DNA of 64,000 nucleotides from Candidatus Latescibacterota bacterium (GCA_964291625.2 OZ220089.1:128001-192000); one strand, 5' to 3'; shown: positions 1 to 9,088, counted from the stretch's first letter. Numbers and translations are program-made. Notes: generated by a model not told the origin, from the letters alone.

Positions 1-583
1 CCTCCTCGAGGGCTCCCGGCTGACCGCTGTCGACGACCAGGCGCATGCGATCCCCGGGAGCGACCCCGTAGAACGACGCCTCCCCGGGGTTCATGTGCAC
101 GTGGCGCGCCGCCCGGATCACGCCCTGGCGCATCTCCAGGCCGCCGGCGGGCCCCACGAGGTAGCACCCGGGCGAGCCGTCGATGTTGCCGCTGAGCCGC
201 ACCGGGGCATCGATCCCGAGAAAACGCGCGTCGGAGAAAGCGAGCTCCACCTGGCACGCCCCGCGCAACGGCCCGAGGACCCGCAGGTTGGAGATCATCT
301 GCTTGCGCGGCCCGAAGATGGCCACCGTCTCCTCGGCGGCGAAGGCGCCGTCCTGGTAGAGAGGCTTGAGGACGGTCAGCTCGGCGCCGCGACCGAAGAG
401 AGTCCGCAGAGCGCCCTCGTCCAGGTGACAGTGGCGGGCGGAGATGTTGGCGATCAGGCGGGGGGCCTCGCTCCGGGGACCCGCGTCGACAACGGCACGG
501 TCCGGCCGGCTGCGAAGGAGGGACTGGCGAACCAGCGCTTCGACCCGGGACCTGTCGACGGCGGCGACCACCTCTCCCCTCAC
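1..583 (-). CDS. pduL: PduL-type phosphotransacylase of the BMC, 3' end runs off the window
   Basis: Absent from the ORF track (no stop in window). Manual translation gives ..IANISARHCHL..LYQDGAFAAEETV..RVLGPLRGACQVELAFSDARFLGIDAPVRLSG..GVIRAARHVHMNP, with both PduL RHxH metal motifs. GTG start at 583 (overlapping the upstream TGA) or 571. Confidence 0.9.
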   Translation of the reverse strand, partial: MRGEVVAAVDRSRVEALVRQSLLRSRPDRAVVDAGPRSEAPRLIANISARHCHLDEGALRTLFGRGAELTVLKPLYQDGAFAAEETVAIFGPRKQMISNLRVLGPLRGACQVELAFSDARFLGIDAPVRLSGNIDGSPGCYLVGPAGGLEMRQGVIRAARHVHMNPGEASFYGVAPGDRMRLVVDSGQPGALEE

Positions 584-897
584 CCGGCCCCTTCGGCGAC
601 GCGTCCCAGATCGAGGCGCTCGCCGTCGGCGCTCAGCCCTTCGAGGATGGCGACGATGGCGGCGTCGGTGGGAACCGCACCCAGCTCGGGGGCGGTGCGC
701 GCCGAGCTGCCCATGACGACGAGGACGATCTCCCCCGTGCCGGCGCTGACGGCGTCGACACAGACGAGCTTGCGGCCGGTGGAGTGGAGCCCGTCGGGGC
801 GCACGGTGAGAACCTCGGCGAGGAGCAGCCTGCGGCCCGACAGGTTGTCGAGCTTGGCGCTGGCCACCACCGGACCCTTCACCTGGGCGAGGAGCAT
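580..897 (-). CDS. BMC vertex (pentamer) protein, EutN/CcmL family
   Basis: MLLAQVKGPVVASAK..VCVDAVSAGTGEIVLVVMGSSAR..DAAIVAI matches the EutN/CcmL pattern; 105 aa. Confidence 0.93.
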   Translation of the reverse strand: MLLAQVKGPVVASAKLDNLSGRRLLLAEVLTVRPDGLHSTGRKLVCVDAVSAGTGEIVLVVMGSSARTAPELGAVPTDAAIVAILEGLSADGERLDLGRVAEGAG

Positions 898-900
898 CGA

Positions 901-2325
901 TCAGGTGATGCGGAAGTAGTCCACCAGGGCGCAGCGGCGCCGGCGGGTGAAGGTGCGGGCCGTGGTCAGGCCCTCGCCGGTGGGACCGGCGATGGAGTAG
1001 GTGGAGAACCCTTCGCCGCCGACGCCGAGACCGGCGTAGGAAGGACCGTTCTTGACGAAGACGGTGGTGTCCACGGCGCGGGCCATGTTGTGCATGCTCT
1101 CCACGTTCCGGGAATGGATCATGGCCGTGTGTCGGTAGCCGTGCTCGGACTCCACGGCGGCGCGGATGCCCTCGTTCACGTCGCGCACGCGGACGATGGG
1201 CAGAAACGTCATCATCTGCTCCACCCTGACGAAGGGATGGTCGGCGCCGGTCTCGCCGATGAGCAGCCGCACCCGGTCGTCGAGATCGAGGCCGATGGCC
1301 CGGCCCAGGACGTTGGCATTGCGGCCGATGAACTCGCGCCCGGGGTGAGGCTGCCCGTCCCCTCCCCGGGGGAGGGCGACCCTGGTCAGGGCCTCGACCT
1401 GACCCGGGTCGAGCTCGACGGCGCTGTAGGCGACCATCTCCGCCTTGAGGTCATCGGCCACGTCGTCGACGACGAAGCACTGCTTCTCGCCGATGCAGAG
1501 GATGTTGTTGTCGAAGGCGGCGCCGTCGACGATGTCGCGCGCGGCCTTGCGGATGTCCGCGGTCTCGTCGACGACGACGGGGGGATTCCCGGGGCCGGCG
1601 ACGATCGACTTCTTGGGGCTGGCGAGGGCGGCTCGGGCCACGGCCGCCCCGCCGGTGACGAGAATGACCCGGACCCCTCGATGGTTGAACAGCTCTCCGG
1701 CGCTGTCGATCGTCGGCTCGGCGATGCAGGCGATCAGGTTCCCCGGTCCTCCGGCGGCGGCGATGGCGTCGTTCAGCAACTGCACGGAGTGGGCCGACAC
1801 CCCCTTGGCCCCGGGGTGGGGGTTGAAGACGACGGAGTTGCCCGCGGCGATGATGCCGATGGCGTTGTTCACCAGGGTCGGCACGGGATGGGTGGAAGGG
1901 GTGACGGCGCAGAAGACGCCGTACGGCGCCATCTCTTCAACCGTCAGGCCGTGGTCCCCCGTCCAGGAAACCGCCTCGAGATCCTCGACGCCGGGGGTGA
2001 GATCGGCTGCCAGATGGTGCTTCTGCACCTTGTCCTCGAAGCGGCCCATGCCGGTCTCTTCGAGGGCCATGCGCGAGAACGTCTCGGCGTGATCGCGGGT
2101 CGTCTGCCGGATCGCCTCGATGATCTTGCGCCGCAGCTCCAGGCTCTCGTCGACAAGGGCCCGCTGCGCCCGGCCGGCGGCGGCCACCGCCTCGTCGGCG
2201 GAACGGAACAGCCCGGACCCGGACCCGCCCGCCGACGAGGGGACCGGGGCGGACTCGGACCCGACGACCTGCTGCACCACCTCCTCGACGATGCGGCGGA
2301 CCCGCTCTTCGCTCACCTTGGACAC
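901..2325 (-). CDS. Acylating aldehyde dehydrogenase, EutE/PduP family, with N-terminal encapsulation peptide
   Basis: ETGMGR, VTPSTHP, AGPGNPP, FDNNILCIGEK (catalytic Cys), GPTGEGLT..FTRRRRC motifs; N-terminal amphipathic EERVRRIVEEVVQQV. Confidence 0.95.
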   Translation of the reverse strand: MSKVSEERVRRIVEEVVQQVVGSESAPVPSSAGGSGSGLFRSADEAVAAAGRAQRALVDESLELRRKIIEAIRQTTRDHAETFSRMALEETGMGRFEDKVQKHHLAADLTPGVEDLEAVSWTGDHGLTVEEMAPYGVFCAVTPSTHPVPTLVNNAIGIIAAGNSVVFNPHPGAKGVSAHSVQLLNDAIAAAGGPGNLIACIAEPTIDSAGELFNHRGVRVILVTGGAAVARAALASPKKSIVAGPGNPPVVVDETADIRKAARDIVDGAAFDNNILCIGEKQCFVVDDVADDLKAEMVAYSAVELDPGQVEALTRVALPRGGDGQPHPGREFIGRNANVLGRAIGLDLDDRVRLLIGETGADHPFVRVEQMMTFLPIVRVRDVNEGIRAAVESEHGYRHTAMIHSRNVESMHNMARAVDTTVFVKNGPSYAGLGVGGEGFSTYSIAGPTGEGLTTARTFTRRRRCALVDYFRIT

Positions 2326-2335
2326 GTCGGTCCCG

Positions 2336-2602
2336 TCAGATGCCGGCGGCGCTCTTGAGCTTGTCGATGGGCCTCGGGATCACGTGCACGCTGCGCAACT
2401 CCCCCACGTCCTGGGCAGCCTGGGCACCGGCGTCGACTGCCGACTTCACCGAGGCCACGTCCCCCTCCACCACAACCGACACCAGGCCTCCGCCCACACG
2501 CTTCTGGCCCGCGTAGCGGACGTCCGCCGTCTTCAGCATCGCGTCCAGCGCCTCCACCGCCGCCGCCAGACCCCGCGTCTCCACCATGCCGAGAGCACTC
2601 AT
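2336..2602 (-). CDS. BMC hexamer shell protein (PduA/EutM-like)
   Basis: [43 protein letters not shown]. Confidence 0.95.
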   Translation of the reverse strand: MSALGMVETRGLAAAVEALDAMLKTADVRYAGQKRVGGGLVSVVVEGDVASVKSAVDAGAQAAQDVGELRSVHVIPRPIDKLKSAAGI

Positions 2603-2615
2603 GGCCGTCTCCTCC

Positions 2616-3173
2616 TCAGCCCAGGTACAGGGAAAGGACCGCTTCGGACGGACGGGCGATCACGTGGCGGGTCAGGAGCTCGCCCACGCGCTCCGCCGCC
2701 TCCGCGCCCGACGTGACCGCCGACTGCACGCTGCCCACGTCCCCGGTTACGAGGACCGATATGTAGCCGCCTCCGATCTCCTGCACGCGGACGACCTCCA
2801 CCTCCGCCGCCTTCTCCATGGCGTCGGCGGCCTCGATGACCCCCGTGGAGCCGCGGGTCTCCACCATGCCCAGGGCGCGGACCCCGCTCACCTCCCCGCC
2901 TCCCTTCGATGGCAGGATCACCCCCAGATCGGAATGAGGGCGGGGGATCACGTGCACGGCGCGCACCTCCCCGACCTTCGACGCCTCCTGGGCGCCGGCG
3001 TCGACCGCCGACTTCACGGCCGCCACGTCGCCGCCGCAGAAGAGGGTGGTCATGCCCGAGCCCACCCGGTCCCAGCCCAGCAGCTCCACCTTCGCCGCCT
3101 TGGATATCGCGTCTCCCCCGGCGATGAGGCCCGTGAGCCCCACGGTCTCCAACATGCCCAGAGCCTCTGTCAT
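2616..3173 (-). CDS. BMC shell protein with two tandem canonical BMC domains
   Basis: Two copies of ALGM(L/V)ET..K..GDV..V.SAV..G..HVI(P/A)RP in 185 aa. Confidence 0.92.
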   Translation of the reverse strand: MTEALGMLETVGLTGLIAGGDAISKAAKVELLGWDRVGSGMTTLFCGGDVAAVKSAVDAGAQEASKVGEVRAVHVIPRPHSDLGVILPSKGGGEVSGVRALGMVETRGSTGVIEAADAMEKAAEVEVVRVQEIGGGYISVLVTGDVGSVQSAVTSGAEAAERVGELLTRHVIARPSEAVLSLYLG

Positions 3174-3460
3174 CTCTCTCCTGCCTGCTCAGCAGCGGTA
3201 TCGATGTGAACCCGGTCGACTCGCCCGATGATGGCCGCGTCGGCCGGAACCCCGTCCTCGAAGGCGTTGCATGCCTCCCGGGAAACCTCCACGACGACCA
3301 GGTCTCCCTCCGCCATGGCCTGCCAGCCGACGGCCACCTCCGGATCGCCCACGCCCCGCAACTCGCCGTCCACGTCCTGCACCAGGTGCAGGCTCTTGTC
3401 CTGGTACGGCTCGACGGCCCGCGACAGAACCACCTGTCCGAGAACGCGGGAGAGCTTCAC
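3170..3460 (-). CDS. Divergent BMC vertex protein, EutN/CcmL-like
   Basis: MKLSRVLGQVV..GDLVVV..PADAAIIGRVD; 96 aa; overlaps both neighbours by 4 nt. Confidence 0.8.
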   Translation of the reverse strand: MKLSRVLGQVVLSRAVEPYQDKSLHLVQDVDGELRGVGDPEVAVGWQAMAEGDLVVVEVSREACNAFEDGVPADAAIIGRVDRVHIDTAAEQAGER

Positions 3461-3717
3461 GGCGCCCCTTCGGCGCCGTCGACGATACCCACGACGACGC
3501 TGCGCACGGGAGGGAACTCCAGGCCCGTCACCTCGCTGCCGGCGGCGCCCGAGTCGGCCACCAGGACGCGGCAGCCGGGACCGGCGCCCACGGCGTCGAC
3601 CGCCAGTTGCAGGGCGGCGGCGCCGTCGCCGTCGTCGACGATCAGGATCCGGCGGCGGTCGAGGGCCGGATGGCGCTCACCGGCCACGACGTTGCCGATG
3701 ACCCGCGCCATCCTCAT
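3457..3717 (-). CDS. BMC vertex protein, EutN/CcmL-like
   Basis: Real gene is the last 86 aa of track ORF 3457..5970: MRMARVIGNVVA..AVDAVGAGPGCRVLV..SVVVGIVD; ATG at 3717 overlaps the upstream TGA. Confidence 0.88.
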   Translation of the reverse strand: MRMARVIGNVVAGERHPALDRRRILIVDDGDGAAALQLAVDAVGAGPGCRVLVADSGAAGSEVTGLEFPPVRSVVVGIVDGAEGAP

Positions 3718-4016
3718 GCGGCAGCCTGGGCAAAGCGACGGCCGCCGGAGCTCACCGAGTCGACGATGCCCACCAGAACGGCATCCACGGGCAGGTCTCC
3801 CATACCCGGGCACTGACGGGCCGAGCTGCCTTGCACCAGGAGCACGACCTGGCCCTGGCCGGCGCCCACGGAGTCGACGCAGACCAGGTGCCTGCGCGTG
3901 GGAAGGGCCTCCTCGCCATCGACGGTGAGCAACTCCACGAGCAGCAGTCTCCGGCCCTCGAGAGTGGCGGCCTTGGCCGAGGCCACCGCCTGCCCCTTGA
4001 CCCGCGCCAGGACCAT
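3714..4016 (-). CDS. BMC vertex protein, EutN/CcmL family
   Basis: MVLARVKGQAVASAK..VCVDSVGAGQGQVVLLVQGSSAR..DAVLVGIVD; close paralogue of 580..897. Confidence 0.93.
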   Translation of the reverse strand: MVLARVKGQAVASAKAATLEGRRLLLVELLTVDGEEALPTRRHLVCVDSVGAGQGQVVLLVQGSSARQCPGMGDLPVDAVLVGIVDSVSSGGRRFAQAAA

Positions 4017-4022
4017 CCCGCC

Positions 4023-5291
4023 TCAGGACACGGCCGCGGGCTCGTGCAGGGCCAGGTTCCTGAGTCCCGCCCGGATGTCGTCGCCGTCGTATCCGTAGTA
4101 CCCGGCGATGCGCTGCACCACGTCGTCCATGAGCACGTCGGGGCAACTGGCGCCGGAGGTGACCACCAGGCGCGCGGGCAACTCCTCGGGGAGCCACATG
4201 CCGGTCTCGACGACCTCCTTCCGGTGGATGTCGTAGTGACGGATGCGCTCGCGGGACAGAAGGTCGGCGGCCGAACCGATCAGGTAGCTCGGCATCACCC
4301 GTCCGCAGATCTCCACCAGATGGGATGTGTTGGAGCTGTTGTAGCCGCCGACGATGACCGCCAGGTCCGGTTCGCTGTCGAGGAGCGCCCGGGTGGCGTT
4401 CTGGTTCCAGTTGGTGGCGTAGCACAGGGTGTCGGCCGTATCGGCAAAGTGACGGTCGAGGTCCTCGGAGCCGTAGCGCTCGGCCATGGCGTCGCGGAGG
4501 ATGGCGGCCACCTCCTTGGTCTCCTCGGCGAGCATCGTCGTCTGGTTGACGACGGCCACCCGCGACAGGTCCCGTTCGGGGTCGAAACCCTCCGACCACT
4601 TGCCCTCGAAGACCTCGCGGAACTCGCCGACACCGGTCCGGCCGGTGATGAAGGCGGCCACGCTCAGCGCCTCCTCCCGGTCGAGGACGACAAGGGTCCT
4701 GCCGTACTGCTGGGTGTGGGAGCGCGTGGCCTGCGTCTCCTCGTGCCGGTACTTCCCGTGGATGATGATCGTGTAGCCCTCGCGGGCGAGCTCCTCGCCG
4801 CGGGTCCAGACCTTGGAGACGAAGGGACAGGTGGTGTCGTAGTGCTCGCGAAACTCCTCCGACGCGGTGTCGATGCCGCTGCGCTGCAGGGAATCCTCGA
4901 TCTCCCGCGTCGTCCCGAAGGCCGGTATCAGGACGACGTCGTCGGAGGAGATCTCCTCTTCGGAGACGAGGCGCTCCCCGTTCTGGTCGTGCATGAAGCG
5001 GACCCCCCGGCCTTCGAGGTCGTCGTTGACCAGGGGGTTGTGGATGATCTCGCTCACCAGGTTGAACCGCTTGTCGGGATGCCGGTCCATGGCGGAGAAG
5101 GCCATGTGGATGGCGCGCTCCACGCCGTAGCAGAACCCGAAGTGGCGTGGGACGAGGACTTCGAGCTGTCCGACGCTCAGGCGGGTCGGCGCCAGCGAGC
5201 GCTTGCCCTCGTTCTCCCGGAAGTCCTTGATCCGCTGAATCACGGGGCCGGCGTAGTGATTGGGCACCCGATCGAACTGCTTGAAGGCCAT
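4023..5291 (-). CDS. ispH: 4-hydroxy-3-methylbut-2-enyl diphosphate reductase
   Basis: FGFCYGVERA, EIIHNP, DTTCPFV, HEET, NQTT, DTLCYAT, GGYNSSNT, TSGASCP. Start moved to ATG 5291, just downstream of a promoter. Confidence 0.95.
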   Translation of the reverse strand: MAFKQFDRVPNHYAGPVIQRIKDFRENEGKRSLAPTRLSVGQLEVLVPRHFGFCYGVERAIHMAFSAMDRHPDKRFNLVSEIIHNPLVNDDLEGRGVRFMHDQNGERLVSEEEISSDDVVLIPAFGTTREIEDSLQRSGIDTASEEFREHYDTTCPFVSKVWTRGEELAREGYTIIIHGKYRHEETQATRSHTQQYGRTLVVLDREEALSVAAFITGRTGVGEFREVFEGKWSEGFDPERDLSRVAVVNQTTMLAEETKEVAAILRDAMAERYGSEDLDRHFADTADTLCYATNWNQNATRALLDSEPDLAVIVGGYNSSNTSHLVEICGRVMPSYLIGSAADLLSRERIRHYDIHRKEVVETGMWLPEELPARLVVTSGASCPDVLMDDVVQRIAGYYGYDGDDIRAGLRNLALHEPAAVS

Positions 5292-5299
5292 GGCGGAGG

Positions 5300-5327
5300 A
5301 ATCTATGGACCCCCCGGGGAGTGTCAA
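5300..5327 (-). promoter_or_regulatory. Sigma70-type promoter for the ispH-BMC transcript
   Basis: TTGACA-16 nt-TAGATT on the minus strand, ending 8 nt before the ispH ATG. Confidence 0.65.
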
Positions 5328-5352
5328 TCTTATATTGGGTCTCATCAAGACG

Positions 5353-6039
5353 ATGACCCGTCAGGTTCCCTCCATCACCGCCATCGCCCTCGTCAGCGGG
5401 GGCCTCGACAGTTGCGTCGCCCTCGCCGAGGCCGTGCACCAGACGGGCGGCGAGGTGGCGGCCCTGCACGCCGGCTACGGCCAGCGGACCGAGAGCCGCG
5501 AGCGCCGGGCCTTCCTGGAGATCGCCGATCACTACGGCCTGGCGCACCGCCGGGAGGTCGATCTCCGCTACCTGCGGCAACTCGGCGGTTCGAGCCTGAC
5601 CGACCGGACGATCCCCATGCCCGGGGAGGACCTTTTCGCCGACGAAGTACCGTCGACGTACGTCCCCTTCCGCAACGCCAGTCTGCTGTCGGCGGCCGTC
5701 GCCTGCGCCGAGGTCCTCGGCGCCCCGGAGATCTACTGCGGCGCCCACGGGCCCGGCTCGCCCTACCCGGATACGCAGCCGGCCTTCTTCGGCGCCTTCG
5801 GCCGTCTCGTGGAGGCGGCGACTCCGCCCTCGGTGCGGATCGGCGTGCGCACGCCCCTGCTCCATCTCGACAAGGCGGCCATCATCCGCCGCGGGATGCA
5901 GTTGGGAGCACCGCTGGACCTCACCTGGTCCTGCTACGTCGACACCGAGTCCCCTTGCGGCGACTGCCACAGCTGCCGGCTGCGTTCCCGCGGCTTCGCC
6001 GCCGCGGGCCTTCCCGACCCCCTGGAGAGCCGATGCTGA
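5353..6039 (+). CDS. queC: 7-cyano-7-deazaguanine (preQ0) synthase
   Basis: SGGLDS PP-loop, YGQR, STYVPFRN, YPD, Zn motif TWSCY..PCGDCHSC. Confidence 0.95.
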   Translation: MTRQVPSITAIALVSGGLDSCVALAEAVHQTGGEVAALHAGYGQRTESRERRAFLEIADHYGLAHRREVDLRYLRQLGGSSLTDRTIPMPGEDLFADEVPSTYVPFRNASLLSAAVACAEVLGAPEIYCGAHGPGSPYPDTQPAFFGAFGRLVEAATPPSVRIGVRTPLLHLDKAAIIRRGMQLGAPLDLTWSCYVDTESPCGDCHSCRLRSRGFAAAGLPDPLESRC

Positions 6040-7617
6040 TCGGATACGTGAGCGACGAGCGCTACGTGGCCCTGCCGGACACGCTCCTGGAGTTCACCGG
6101 ACCCGCGGGAGACGTGGTGCAGGCGCGGTCCGGCGCCTCCGGCGCCGTGTACGCGGATCTGCCGCCGGGGCCCTGCAAGGTGGTCCTCGCCCGCCAGGGC
6201 TACGGCAGCAAGCGCGTGAGCATCAGCGTCGTCGAGGGCCGCCCCTGCCACTTCCGGCTCCTCGCCGACGGGCTGCTTGGCTATGCCTGGCCCAAGTGGG
6301 TGCGCGGCGGCGAGCGCTCGGAGTTCCGCGTTCACAGCCACGAGGCCTACAAGCTGGAACTCTTCCGCTACGGCCGCGAGAAGGAGTTCGTGCGCACCAT
6401 CGGCTGGTACGACGAGCACGGCCCCCGGGCGAACGTGCAGCTGACGCCGGACGGGGACTACACGCAGACCGGCGTTCAGTGGAACCGCCACGGCTACACC
6501 AGCCCCCGCCATCCGCAGCAGGTGGCCGCACCCGAGCGCAGCGGCCTCTACTACTTCCACGCTTCCACCGAAAGGGGCCTCTTCTTCTCCTTCCCGTGGA
6601 TCGTGGCGCCCGCCGCCCCCGGAGCCCCGGTGGCGGTCCTGGCCAGCAACATCACCTGGAACGCCTACAACAACTTCGGCGGTCGCAGCAACTACATCCA
6701 TCCCGACCGGGTGCCGCCCACGCCGACGGTCAACGCCCGCCTCGACCTGGACCGCTACACCGACCCCGACCACGACACCTACGGCGCCGACGACTACGCC
6801 CCCCTCTCCTTCGACCGCCCCGAGCCGGTCAACCACATCCCCCTCGAGGCGCAACTCACCGGCCCCATCGAGGGGCGCGCGGCCTGCCACCTGGCCGAGG
6901 CCGAGTGGCGGCTCCTCGGATGGATGGAAAGGCAGGGCTTCTCGTACGACCTTTGGGCCGAGACCCAACTCCACTACGGCCAGCTGCGGCTCGACGACTA
7001 CCGGGTCCTGGTGATCAGCACCCATCCCGAGTACTGGTCCGAGGAGATGTACCGCGCCGTGAAGTCCTGGGTCTTCGAGCGCGGCGGCAAGCTCATGTAC
7101 CTGGGCGGCAACGGCCTCAACTGCAGAATCGAGATGCTCGACGGAGCCACGATGAAGGCCTTCAATGGCAACGCCCGGGAGCTCGCCCGCCTACGGGGCC
7201 GAGAGCCGCTTTCACCTCCAGGTCGAATCGGAGGCCAACCTCCTCGGCGTCGTCTACTCCGAATCGGGCATCATGACCGCGGCGCCGTACCGGGTTGTCG
7301 ACGCAGGCCACTGGACTCTCGCCGGCACCGGCCTCGCCGAGGGCGACCGCTTCGGCCAGTCCAGCCTGCACATGAGGATCCCCGGCGGCGCCTCGGGACA
7401 CGAGACCGACAAGACCTCGCCGAGCTCGCCCGCCAACGTGCACGTCGTCGCCAAGGGGATGAATCCCGACGAGGGCGGCGGCGAGATCGTGCACTTCGAC
7501 ACCGGCAGCGGCGGCGAGGTGTTCTCCGTGGGCTCCATCACCTGGCCCGCCTCGATCCTCGTGGACGACGCCGTCTCCCGCATCACGGCGAACGTGCTGA
7601 CCCGCTTCCTCGCCTGA
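6033..7617 (+). CDS. N,N-dimethylformamidase large (beta) subunit-like protein, with one +1 frameshift near 7191
   Basis: MLIGYVSDERYVAL.., SGLYYFH, TWNAYNNFGG, LSFDRP, STHPEYWS, LMYLGGNG. Continues in ORF 7165..7617 (ESRFH..EANLLGV..GHETD..VFSVGSITW). Removing one C at about 7191 gives ELARYGAESRFH. Confidence 0.75.
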
Positions 7618-7625
7618 GGCCCAAC

Positions 7626-7654
7626 TTGCCGGCCCGGAGGGCGTGGCCTAGTTT
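7626..7654 (+). promoter_or_regulatory. Candidate promoter for queF (near-leaderless transcript)
   Basis: TTGCCG-17 nt-TAGTTT, ending 8 nt before ATG 7663. Confidence 0.45.
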
Positions 7655-7662
7655 CCCGGGGG

Positions 7663-8010
7663 ATGCCCCATCCCGAGGAACTCCTTGAAATCTTCCCGAA
7701 CCCCGAACCGGGTCGGGAGTACACGATCGACATCGACTGTCCCGAGTTCACCTCGGTCTGTCCCCGAACCGGCCAACCGGACTTCGGTACCATCCATATC
7801 ACCTATGTCCCCGGCGACAGCTGCCTGGAGCTCAAGTCTCTCAAGCTCTACCTGCAGTCCTTTCGCCAGCAGGGCATCTTCTACGAAGCCGTGACCAACG
7901 CCATCCTCGATCATCTCGTGGCCGCATGCGCACCCAGGCGGATGACCGTGATCGGCGACTACAGCGCCCGCGGAGGCATCACCACCAAGGTGACGGCCGC
8001 CTACCCCTGA
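7663..8010 (+). CDS. queF: NADPH-dependent preQ0 reductase (unimodular QueF)
   Basis: [25 protein letters not shown] and RGGI motifs; 115 aa. Confidence 0.95.
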   Translation: MPHPEELLEIFPNPEPGREYTIDIDCPEFTSVCPRTGQPDFGTIHITYVPGDSCLELKSLKLYLQSFRQQGIFYEAVTNAILDHLVAACAPRRMTVIGDYSARGGITTKVTAAYP

Positions 8011-8068
8011 CCGTTCGGGGGGCCGTGGCGCCGCGGCTTCGCCATCCATCTCATCGGAGCGTATTCCC

Positions 8069-9031
8069 ATGGCAGAATCCAGGGATGAAGAGGAGGTCGT
8101 CGCCGGCGAGGGCGAGGGCCAGCAGGGCAAGGACAAGCCCTGGTATCCTTACATCACCAAGACCCAGTTCGAGAAGTTCCTCTCCCGACTGCAGAGCAAG
8201 ATTCCCGAGGAGATCGACCGCGACTACGTGCGCGCCATCATCCGCACGCCGTCGATGATCTACCGCTTCCTCCGCGGCGTCGAGGCGATGGGTCTGATCG
8301 ATGACGAGCAGCACCCCACGGACCGGCTGAAGAGTCTGGTGGAGAAGGAGTCCCGCCGGCAGGCCATCGGCGAGGTCCTCGACGACCTCTACCCCGAGCT
8401 GCTGGGCCAGTACCGCGACAGCAACGGCGAGATGACCGACCGCGACATGGTCGCCTACTTCCGCCGCGAGACGGGGATGGGGAACGACTCGGCCAACAAG
8501 ATGAAGATGTTCTTCAAGTATCTGCTCACCGAGGCCGAGGGAGGAGAGCCTGCCCCCGCCGCCGAAGAAGCGGAGGAGGCCGCCGAGGCCGAAGAGCCCG
8601 CCAAGGTCGACGCCGAGAGTGCCCCGGTCCGTGAGAGCCGTGAGCCCCCGGCGCCGAGTTCCGGCAACGGGCGTCGCGGTGAGGCCCGGGCTCAGCAAAC
8701 CGACCGGCGGCCCCAGGGCCGGGGTGGGGACCGCGGCGACCGGGAGCGTGGAGAGCGCGACCGGGAACGCGGCGAGCGGGGAGGCGGGGAGCGCGGCGAC
8801 CGTGGAGAGCGCGACCGGGAGCGCGGGGACCGGGGAGAGCGGGGAGAGCGTGAGCGCGACCGGGAACGGTCCGTGAACAGCAACCGCCCCCTCACCGAGG
8901 CCCAGCGAGCCTACCTCGACACTCTCAAGTCCGTGTTGCGCGTCAACGTCGACGGCGACTGGGACGACGACATGATCCGCCTGGCCTTCGATCGGCTGGA
9001 GCGGTTGTTCGACCGCGTGCGGCGCAACTAA
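8069..9031 (+). CDS. Hypothetical protein: helical N-domain (possibly DUF5343-like), acidic and RGDRER low-complexity linker, short C-terminal domain
   Basis: Normal amino-acid composition and GC-rich third positions; followed by a terminator hairpin. Family resemblance is weak. Confidence 0.75.
   Translation: MAESRDEEEVVAGEGEGQQGKDKPWYPYITKTQFEKFLSRLQSKIPEEIDRDYVRAIIRTPSMIYRFLRGVEAMGLIDDEQHPTDRLKSLVEKESRRQAIGEVLDDLYPELLGQYRDSNGEMTDRDMVAYFRRETGMGNDSANKMKMFFKYLLTEAEGGEPAPAAEEAEEAAEAEEPAKVDAESAPVRESREPPAPSSGNGRRGEARAQQTDRRPQGRGGDRGDRERGERDRERGERGGGERGDRGERDRERGDRGERGERERDRERSVNSNRPLTEAQRAYLDTLKSVLRVNVDGDWDDDMIRLAFDRLERLFDRVRRN
8729..8869 (+). repeat. Degenerate coding repeat encoding DRGDRERGER-type units
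   Basis: Recurrent gaccggga and gagcgcg units encoding alternating-charge R/D/E/G sequence. Confidence 0.8.
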
Positions 9032-9051
9032 GAGAGACTGCCAGAAGCACC

Positions 9052-9088
9052 GCAGCCCCCGTCTCGGCCTGGGCGAGACGGGGGCTGC
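9052..9088. terminator. Hairpin between convergent genes, probably a bidirectional terminator
   Basis: gcagcccccgtctcg-7 nt-cgagacgggggctgc, a perfect 15-bp stem. Confidence 0.75.

Noticed and set aside
3457-5970. 837-aa minus-strand ORF that looks like a large protein fused to a BMC vertex domain
   Set aside because: The upstream part is Arg/Pro-rich off-frame translation of ispH and antisense queC; the real gene is 3457..3717.
3831-7688. 1285-aa + strand ORF
   Set aside because: Shadow frame over ispH and queC; only the part from ATG 6033 is a real gene.
5353-8010. Dpd-type 7-deazaguanine DNA-modification defence island
   Set aside because: No dpdA/tgt-like, dpdB or helicase genes in the window, and queF points to tRNA queuosine synthesis.
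8729-8869. Repeat tract considered as a CRISPR array or non-coding VNTR
   Set aside because: In-frame degenerate coding repeat with no constant repeat-spacer structure and no cas genes.
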